DNA of 64,000 nucleotides from Chlorokybus atmophyticus (taxonomy: Eukaryota; Plantae; Mesostigma and Chlorokybus algae): the NCBI GenBank assembly GCA_009103225.1, contig RHPI01000277.1, positions 828,074-892,073 on the forward strand, in the 5' to 3' direction. Shown one piece after another: positions 54,335 through 64,000 of this stretch. Position 1 is the stretch's first letter; every line of letters begins with the position of its first letter. The notes beneath the pieces are model-generated. The model did no database searches. It was not told where the DNA came from and was given only the letters and a program-made list of their open reading frames with translations. A program made the position numbers and the translations under genes.

Positions 54335-57300
54335 ATGGTTAACTTCGCTGCAGGGCGCCACGTGGCACGTATGGAGGGGGGCGCGGCGGCGGCGGCGGCG
54401 AGCACGCCTGCGCCCGCCTTACCAATGTTTAGTCCTGAGCGATCATTGAGCTTTGACACTCCGCGAGCGCTGGTGAGCAATTCACTTATGCATTTGTTTG
54501 GGACCACAACCTAATGCTACACAGTGGCTGCTGAACAGTGCACGAACGCAACATAGTGCGGAACTGGCGTCGCAGTACTCGTGTTGCACAACATTGCTGT
54601 GATATTAATCATATGACAGAGTGTGACCTCATGCCAACACATAGCACGCTGCATTGTGCATACTAGAATCTAGTTCTTGGTTGGTTTGTCTTCTTTTGGT
54701 TTCAATTCATCGCTGCTCAGGACGAGTAGCACAACACATAGTTGTTTACTGTATGTTGAACGAACTGTAGCCATCCATAGTGTGATAGTACTTGTGTTCC
54801 CTATGAGCTACGTGTCAGCGGTTTCCAAACTGCCCTCCTTATGTGCCAGTTAGGGAGTGTTGCCTTAGGGTCAGGCTTCTTGGCGGAATGCTGGTAAGGC
54901 GGTCTTCAGCTGTCACTAGGCAAACTGCTGCTTACTCAATGGGGCAGCAAGTGGTTACTCAATTGGGCAGCAAGTGGTGTTGCGGACTTGATGACGAGAC
55001 TGTCAGTTACATGCAGCTTTAAAAGCTCTGCGTTACTGCGCTACTGCGTTGTGCGGCAATTGAGATGCAGTATTCACTTTCTATGCATATGACTGCAAAG
55101 CCAAGGCTTGGAACCATCCATGCTGTCAGCTACTTGCCAAGTGTCGCACTATCTGCATAGCATTGCCGGCGCGGTAGCAAGCTGTTGGTTGCTGTGTACT
55201 CCCCGGACTATTTCGCTCATCCACTTGCAAGCAATGCAATGTGTGTCAAGCATACTTCACTGCTTCTCAAACTGCATAGCTTAAGTCCTCACTACCCCGT
55301 TAGGACTTAAGGCCTTAAGCAGTAAGTTTTGAGGCGGATGTCCACTCTCGGCTCTTCTTGAACACCAGTACCACTATGTGATACACATAACACTTCACAC
55401 TTTTGCGTGTTCTTGCGGTGTACCGTTGTGGAATACTGAGTGTTTCTGTACTTTACGCTGTCGTTTTACGGGACTCAATTATACTTGTACTGATATGTAA
55501 TTCCCTTCCAACTTATTCATACTCCAGGCCGCGCGTGCAGAGGAAGAGTTGATACACAAAACGGGAGAGAGCATCACCGGCATTGCTATCACTGAGAAGG
55601 TGAGCAGGCCATCAACTGCAAACTACTTGGGTTCGCTGATTAGCATTGTTTAACACTGAGCTGTGCTTGATTTATACTATGAGTACAACAGGCCATAGCA
55701 GCAAAGGAGGAGCAGCTGAGGCGATTTATACGCGAAAGGTATACGACCATACAGGAGGTTGAAAAGGAGCTTGGAGCTCTTCGGCTAGAAGTAAAGCTCA
55801 CTGCTGGACCAAAGAAGCATGGTATGCACCTGCGATGTCGGGTTGTTGGATGTCAGTGTTAGTCTCGCAAACAGCAGGCGTTGGTTGTTTGCAGCGTTGG
55901 AACATTTGCGAAAACGCATCGAGTCGCAAAATGAGAAGCTGTTGGCTGCCAGAATGCGGCACATCGCCCTCAGCAAGGTTCTTCTGTTACCCCACAGAAT
56001 ACTTATCTACAAATAATTGCGGACATGCTTAGTACTGTTTATGACCCTAGTGAGTCTTATGGTTTTCACTTATGCAGCATTATTGTGTATTGAGTTGTTT
56101 CCATAGTGGGCATGAGGAGGAGACTGCTTGTGGCTGATTAACAATCCTATCTTCACTTGCCTGTAACCTGCCTGTGAGAGCTTATGTACTTCTCCTTGCA
56201 GGAACTCAAGGCTGTAGCAGAAGTTATGGAGAGGGAAGAGGCCATCAAGTCGAGATTATGCAGTGATCTGACGTTGCTTGTAAGCTTGCATTTTGTACTT
56301 CCAGGTGATGAACGGTTACTTCATCACAATGCTATTGTTCTGACATGTATGGTTTGTGCACAGGTGCAGCAGACAGCGCACGCACAGTATTCAAGGCTTG
56401 AAGAGTTGACTGAAAGGCTGGACCGCATGCTCCATCACCAACAGGGGAGCTCAAGCGCCAGTGCACAAAGAGAAGGCAGGCCTTCTACATCACAAAGGTT
56501 TGTGCCACGCACCTGTGTTGCACATACAGGGCTGATACCTAGCTTTTATACATGCAGTATAGTTGGCATCACCGCATGCACGCCTCTTGTGAAGGTAGAT
56601 TAATGTCGCTTGCTTTCAGGTCATAGTAGCAACCGTATTCACAAACACCATTCCCCATGTCACTCGCGCAGCAAGCTGACTGCTCACAGCAGTGTGATAT
56701 GGTGTTTTTAGGGCAGGTAGCAGACCGAGTAGCAGCGGTTCAGAACAGTCGCAGCCACCTTTGCCAGCATCCGGCCCCAGCCCAGACAGCAATGGCAAGC
56801 AACAGTCCGGCAGTGCCGTGCGCGCAATGGATGCACGCGAGATGCAGGAGCAGGGCAGGCTGAGAGTCTCTCCCAGTGCTGTAGCCGGCGGGTACCAACC
56901 AGTGCCCACCTCTTCAGGTGCGACATAAATCATCGTACATGGTGTTGCTATTATGGTGGTGCTGGTGCGCGTGATGTTGACGACGACAGTAATCATGATG
57001 ACGACAATGATGACATGCTGATCATGATTGCGATCGTGATAGTGCTTTCACTTCAGTCATGAACGGGGACCTTCGCAGCATTGTTTTGCATGTGTCACGT
57101 GCAAGTTGTGTACCCGGCACGCACTTGTTGCGCGCACATGGCTGTGACTGTTGCACCTCTTGCCAGATGTCAAGTGGAAAGACAGTGCAGCGTTTTCTTT
57201 GATAGTTTTAGGTAGGATTGCATGCAGACTTCATGTCATTACATGCCTATGCAGTAAGGTTCTCACCAGAGCGTGTATGTTTTAGGGCAACCAGCAGCTG

Positions 57301-57656
57301 AGGCTCAACCAGATATGAAAGGTAAAGCATCAAACCGTTGGACACATGCCTGCAGCGATACTTGCATTCGCAACCAGCTACCTGAGTCCATAAATGCATT
57401 GTCAACTGCAGGTGGTGCAACCTCTTCCATCAAGATTGACGACAGGACGGGGATGCCGGTGTTGGCACCAATAGCTACGGGACGGCCAGTTGCAAACCAG
57501 AACAACAATGTGAAGCGGCAGACCTCGATTGGTCGAGGGTCGAGTAACAGGATTATCACAAGCGCTGGTCGCCGTCTTGTCACAGAAGCACAGGCCGTCC
57601 CGGGACAGCCACAGGCTGCGTGGACAGGGAGCGGCTTTGATGATGGCGCCAGCTGA
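54335..57656 (+). CDS. DUF662 / RAB6-interacting golgin-like coiled-coil protein, multi-exon
   Basis: RRFIRERYTTIQEVEKELGALRLEVKLTAGPKKH|ALEHLRKRIE...|...SRLCSDLTLL|VQQTAHAQYSRLEEL matches the plant DUF662 proteins I recall. C-terminal WTGSGF. Confidence 0.78.
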
Positions 57657-58462
57657 CATTCTCACTCACTGAGCCACGTTGTGATGCAGGCCATTGAGGG
57701 GTTGAATTGCTACTCCTCAGTGACAGCCTGCAGCACGCAACTCATGGATATACATGCTGTCCCACCACTGCAGTGCCGTGCTTTCATGCTGTCGGTGATT
57801 TGTTGTCAAAGCGCTGTGACTGATACCGAAAGTAGTTGTGACAGGTGTTAGGCATGCGAATAGTATCAGATCTGCAGATGCGATAACTGTGAGACTTGCA
57901 TGACGATAAATTGCGCACGCACTTGACACAGCGCAGGTTGCACTCTGACTGCATACAGATCCATCTGCAGCTACGCAGGCAGCTCACATGGCATAATTGA
58001 GATATGACATTGGCAATAGACAAAGCACCTGGGTGTCAATAGCAGTTACTGACTGAAGTGCTGCTGGGTTGACCGTAAGCCCCTGTCCCACTTCCACTGG
58101 CTACATGACAGTGTGCTGGGATGAGGTGCTGTATGATATCAGCAGTCGCAATGCATGCCAAGCAAGAAGCCCAAAACTGGCCAACTTGCTCATCTAGCAA
58201 AGAGACAGCATTTCTACAAACTGGGTCTTATGTACACAATTAGGTGAGTACATGGCACTCGAGAGAAACCAATATGTCGCTTACTGGTCCAACTAAAGAT
58301 GTGTGTACAAAGTAAGTTTATGTACACAACTTATTCAACAATGCACTACCCTGCACAGCAGCTGGCCAGATGCCCGTCTGGCTTGCAGATCAACAGCTGG
58401 TTCTGAGGAGATTATTTGATTCCATGCCGCATCCTGAGAGTACTTGGGCAGTACGGCTGTTG

Positions 58463-61400
58463 TCACAAGCCCTGTATATCAATATCGGGGCGATTCTTCA
58501 CCGCACTGCGCAAGGCGTGGCGACCGACGTCGGTGATGCCAGTCTGCCTCAACAACAAAGTCCGCAGCTGTGCACCACTCTTCAACAAATTGCCCACCTC
58601 CATAGCGCCTTCATCACTCAGCATGTTCCAGCTCAGGTCCAAGACACAACCTGTGCAACGATAAACAGCTTAGTGCATTCAACTGCAGAGTAAAGCAGTC
58701 AATTTGGTTATATTGCAATCTGCCAGCTTGGCCAGACAAGCACACCATGCAGGAACCGCATACCTGGTCTAGAAGCACATGCTTTGATCAACTCCAGCAC
58801 GCCTTTTGTGCCGACATTCCCATCCGCAAGCATCAACGTCCTCAGCCCGGTGTTGCTTGCGAGTGCCGTAGCCAGCGCACTGGCACCCATGTTGCCAATT
58901 TTGTTGAGGCCCAATGTTATGTGCCGCAGCATTCGGTTGAACCTGAATGCATTCGCTATGGTAGCGATGCTGATCGGATCCAGGCCGCTTCCACAAAAAT
59001 GGACACAGCGCAGCGTCAAGTTGCTACGCAAGCAGTCGGCAACTGCATGAGCGGCAGCCGCGCGCGAGAAGTCGTTCTTGCTGATGTCTAATTCGATTAA
59101 GACTGTGTTCTGCTTCAGAGCATTCATGACAGCTATAACACCGTCGCTGCCAACCTTGCAGATGTGCATGCGGAACACCTGCAAGATAAACAACAGAGTG
59201 TGACACGATTGTTCACACCTTACTGTTGAGACAAACACACAACAGAACATGACCTACTGAACGCATCCTTACCTTCAAGCCAGTGTTGATTTTCAAGGCA
59301 TTTGCCAGGGCTAGTGCCCCCACATCGCCGAAAGCGTTCTTGCCAATGTCCAGTTCAGTCAGCGCTTTGTTTGCGCTCAACGCGCTGGACAACGACAATG
59401 CCCCAGCTGCTGTGATGGCGCAGTCGATTAACCGCAGCGTGCGCAGTGTTGTATTGCCAACCAGCACCGCAGCCAGCTTGCTGATGGCTTCATCACCAAG
59501 AGTGTTCAAGCCGCAATCGAGTGAAACCAAGTGAAAGTTGTGCTGGAGGGCGCTGAACAGAGCCAGAGCACCGTCTGTGCCAATCCTTGTATCTGTGCAC
59601 ATGCTATGCTTGAGTGCCCTTCTGAGAAACCAATGCCAACCTTGTGTAAAAGCTCTTTCTACTCGCATAATTGGCATGAGAAACATGAACATACCGCACA
59701 ACTCAAGGCTGCTGAGTTTCGGGTGCAGCTGCAGTACACTGGCTAATAGCATTGCGCCTTCATTCCCAACAGCATTAGCTGGAGTTGACATGAAAAGTCA
59801 ACGAGTGCAGAGCAAAGCACAAGTAGCTTGTTCAAAGAGACGCAAATGAACAGTGCTTACAGGACAAGTTGAGCTCCGTCAGGGTTTCATTCTGGTTGAG
59901 GGCACTCAGAAGCTCCAGTACGCTTGAACGCTGCATCCGGACACCTGAGATGAACAAGACTGTAAGTGTCCTTGACAGTGTCATGACAATGGCGTGTACT
60001 GTGTATGCACTACTCTGCAGAAAACCATGCAACTGCGGCTGCAGAACTGTTGCATGAAGAGAAGGTTGTGATAGGCTTGAAACTGATTCCTCCAGAGCAA
60101 CTCACTTGCAAGCGACAATCTTGTAAGGCTTGTGTTTAACGTCAAGGCTGTGGCAAGCCTTGGAACAGAGTCTGCTTGCAAAGTGTCGTCTGCATATGCG
60201 GACCATGAATCAGTTGACACTGGGCAGTCTGCAATTGATCGCAAACACATGCAGCAAGTCAGCAATAACAGCTCACGTACAGCTCAGCTCAAGCTTCTGC
60301 AAAGTCTCACTAGACCGTAACAGGGTCGCTATCGCCTTGAGCCCCTTGCCTTGGATGCCAGTCCCTGCCATCAAGATGCCTGTTGTTGAACTTAGGCAAA
60401 TGGAATTGCAGAACAGTGGTTATGTCCGCCTCTTGATAGCCATGCACCAATCTTTAAGAATGCTCTCAGCTTACCCACAAGCCTTAACGACCTGAGGACC
60501 CGACTATGGGACAAAGACTTGGCTAGAAGCATCACGCCTTCATCACCAACGTGAGAACCTGAGTATGAAAGCAACCAGGCAGCACATGTTGGCACATTGG
60601 CACGTGGATGCTATGTTCAATGAGTGCCACGCATGGTGCAGCTTCAACACATGCACGCATGGACTGCTCACCATCAAGGTGGAGCTTCAGCAGCGTCTGA
60701 TTGACAGCGAGAGCTGAGCACAGCCCCTTCAGGTGGTCAAAGCTTATTGATGGCCCTGCAACCACATTCGCCACTATGACCCCACAAGGCACCATCTGAC
60801 AAACCCAAATCATTCCATGACAACCAAGCATACGCCCGCGACGTAACCTACAGGATAAGCAACCAACTCTTGTGCGCGCGTGACTGGAGTCCCGCAATAC
60901 AGCTAAGAGGAACTGAATGTGCTCGGGGCTCGATTGCGCTGCGCTGCATGCTACAGTCGCACGTTCAAGGCCAGTCATAGAGAGTCGTTGCAGGGCTTGT
61001 GTGGACAGCAGCGGCGCACCAAGTATGGCAGTAAGAGTCTTTAAGCGCGGGCATTGCTCCACAATGGAAACAATGCACTGCTCAGTCACAGACGTGCACC
61101 CCGAAAGGTTGAGATGCTCAACCATGCCACGGATTGGTGCTGTTGCACAAGCACGGCGCTGCAACAGCAGCCTTGACAACGCTCTGTCTGTGAGGACATC
61201 AGAGCCTGGCCCGGAGAAGTCCAGATGCTTCCAGAGCAGAGGCTCAGACAGGCTGCTTCGCCACGACTTGCAAACGACTTCCATCCGCAACCGGTCCCCC
61301 ACAGTCAGGTGAGACAGCAGCTGCTGCGTGAGCTCAGATGAGAAAGCAGACCTGAACAAGTCCTCAGCCGCCAGCTGTTTGCGCATGGCAGGAGCGGGAG

Positions 61401-61939
61401 GATGCCATAACGAGGACGAGCTGGAGTGGCCTGGCGTGGTTGGCGTGGTCGGTGCTGGCGACCCCGCCACAGTTATTTGTGAAGATGCTTCGGAGTTCTG
61501 CTTTGCTAGCGGCACTTCTGGAGCTGAGTCCACTTCCATGTTTTTGGTGGGCACGGGTGCAGGCAGACATGGTGAGCTGAAGTTGCTGGGCACATCCATG
61601 TTGAAAAGAAAGTCTACTGGTGGTATGGCAGTGGGCAGTGGTGACTCCCCAATAGGCTGCACAGTGCATCACACAATCAGGACGCATGTTGGCACCACGA
61701 TAGATTGCAAGACACAATGTAGTATGAAACAAGACCCCAACAAAGGGCAACTTGCTGTGCATACTGCAGTAGAAGCTGCAAGTAGGCTAAAACCCATTGA
61801 CTTATCAACGGAAGCTGCGGCTTCTCCTTACCCAAAAGTCAGCGTCATCGGGGTTGAGCCAATCACTCGCACTGTCGCACTTAACAGTGCGCCCACTGGA
61901 GTCGCGCCTGAGCAGGCGCTCAGCTTGCCCGCGAATCAT
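58463..61939 (-). CDS. F-box plus ribonuclease-inhibitor-like LRR protein, multi-exon
   Basis: F-box SELTQQLLSHLTVGDRLRMEVVCKSWR, followed by many LRR_RI repeats (e.g. LTELDIGKNAFGDVGALALANALKIN, LDLSWNMLSDEGAMEVGNLL). Stop at 58463. Confidence 0.85.
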
Positions 61940-63844
61940 ACTGCAAATCGACAAGATTGATTGCATCATGCATGTAGCAGGCGCGGAACAGTGTGACCAC
62001 ATGTAGGCCAGTGGACATGGATACGCAGTGTACTGTGACAAGCGAAGACTCTCAGCAACTTAACCCTTGATTTGCGCATGGCCGGAATTACGGGTGCATT
62101 TATGACACTCGACACTGCTGTGTATTGCCAATGTGTGCGTATCCAGCTTACTGTGCAGCATGCACAGTGCTATGCCAGAATGCCGCAAGACACACTGCCT
62201 AGGCTGACTGAACCTACCTTCTCATGCTGCTACACACGCCATTGCACATTGCTGATAGACAATAAGCATATGCACACACAGGGCAGCAGCTCACCTTCAA
62301 GCCTCAAACCCTAGCGGGCATGCACAGGACCGTCTGCCCCACGCCTACTCCAGCAAGGCCACAGGCTTCCAGCCGAAGTCACGGAGCAACCACTAAAGAC
62401 CGTCTCAATAGTCAACAACAGAGCGGCCACCCGCCTCCTCACCCCACCACCGCGACCGCCGCCGCCGCCGCCCTCGCCAGTGGCCTTGTCGCCGCAGCCC
62501 GCAGAGTAAGCAGCAGCGCAAAGTTCCGAACCCTTGGGTCCCTGCAATAGAATCTACGGTTGGGTGTTTGGTACACCTGTACCTGGGCGTCAACTGCTGA
62601 AAAGACATCGGTTCCGCGAGCTCGCATTGGTTGAGTTCGACTTGTGCGGTCGGCTGGCCTACTTTTTGGCTTACTGCATAAACGCGTCCCGCAGCAAGCC
62701 AAGTCAATTTACAATGCTGCGACATGAATGAAGTCAGCATTGTGTCATATCTCATTGTGCTCACGCACATATCCTGTAGCCGAAATGTGAACTACTGGAC
62801 TTTGGCTACTGATATGGTTTGCTGAAGGCCGATTGGCAAGCGCCCTCGATGTAGTAATGACAGAATAACAACAGAATAACAGAATGACAGTATTATAGTT
62901 CGGTGGCCAACGACACTGGTAATAAGGTATCATTGTAACCGTAGTGCCGCAAAATTTTCATAAAGCGGAGCCGCCAAGAAGTTAGTACATGTGTCGTCAA
63001 AAACCTTGCTAGACTATGCATTCAGACTACAGTCGTTGGATAATGCCGCCGCCAGATAACGAGTAAACAAGTTGTAAAGCGACCTCCGGAGTATTTACAA
63101 AGATCGCGCAGCACTACGGTATTGTGGGCAGCAGGTTGCCCGGGCAGGAGGCCCCCCCCGCGGCCAAGACCGCTACTGTCATTTTGTCCTGTGGGATGCG
63201 GAGGGGGCACGCCGCGTGACGTCGTCAGTCGCAAGATGATGGTGCGGCATCATCCGCCGTGGACTGACCTCGGATAGGGTCGGCAGCGGTTGCACCCTGC
63301 AAGTACCAGGTTAAGTAGATGCTGTAGTAAGGCAGCCGTACGTTAGGGCACCAGCCTAACTTGGACCGCGAAGATACGTTGATTGTGACCGCTTGGAAGA
63401 ACAAAATCAACCTCCCGGCACAGTAGGCCTAGAGAGTCACTGAGAATGATTGGTCGGGTCCAAACCATTATTCCAAATTAGAACAGCGGCATAAAATGTT
63501 CTTGTGCGTTCTAGTTTAATTGACAGTCACCATGAATGAATTTGGCTTGAAACGAACGTTTTTGTTTGTTCGGGCTATCACACCAGAGTGAGAACGAACA
63601 AGTAACTTGAGCAAATACGATGACTTTGATGCCTTCAGGTGCTTAATGGTACATTGCTCTCGACATTATTGCCGTGTACGAGATGCATTATTTGTCTAAT
63701 CCATCAGGTCATGTACACTTGCTAGTCGTGCATAAGTTGATGTTACGATCATGTAAGAGTACAGGAATCTGCTAAATCTCATACTTACGCCCTTGTTTAC
63801 TGATTGGTTATTGAAATGTTAGTTTTCAGCCAAAAGAATAACAT

Positions 63845-64000
63845 TATTGTTCTTGGTTATGTTCTTGTGCATTCTTGGATGCGGATACTCATGTTCGACC
63901 CCACCCCTAAGAGAATGCCACTTGTTACGTGGGAAGTCAATATTGTTCTTGGTTATGTTCTTGTACGTTCTTGATTGCGGACATTCATGTTCGACCCCTT
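63845..64000. repeat. Roughly 96-bp tandem repeat, running off the window end
   Basis: tattgttcttggttatgttcttgt...gcgga...catgttcgacccc begins at 63845 and again at 63941. Confidence 0.85.

Noticed and set aside
63020-63420. GC-rich block with an HTH-like TKIAQHYGI
   Set aside because: Multiple stops in all frames; cannot be assigned.

Overview
This is eukaryotic, intron-rich nuclear DNA from the green lineage. Plant-type genes (mL80-like, DUF662, TBL, IPCS, telobox promoters) sit alongside algal-type genes (cytochrome c peroxidase, MESH1, FDX4-like ferredoxin), so an early-diverging streptophyte alga is my inference. I spliced about 17 protein genes by hand, many in head-to-head pairs: two unknown membrane proteins, an LYR protein, an N-extended eIF1, an mL80-like protein, a UBZ4-SAM protein, MBF1, a Tudor-less SPF30, MESH1, a ferredoxin, two F-box genes, a TBL esterase, an EF-hand protein, histone H4, an IPC synthase, CcP and DUF662. 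There is also a decayed Penelope-like (Naiad/Chlamys-type) RT, several long hairpins, microsatellites and two N-gaps. The best leads are a probable spliceosomal intron inside the Penelope-like RT, an apparent new intron formed from a tandem F-box duplication, an intron-containing H4 with a histone stem-loop overlapping AATAAA, the Tudor-less SPF30, the extended eIF1 and two near-perfect fold-back hairpins. No prokaryotic-style system, CRISPR array, rRNA or tRNA is supported. All exon boundaries and family assignments come from reading the sequence and from recalled motifs; no database search was run.
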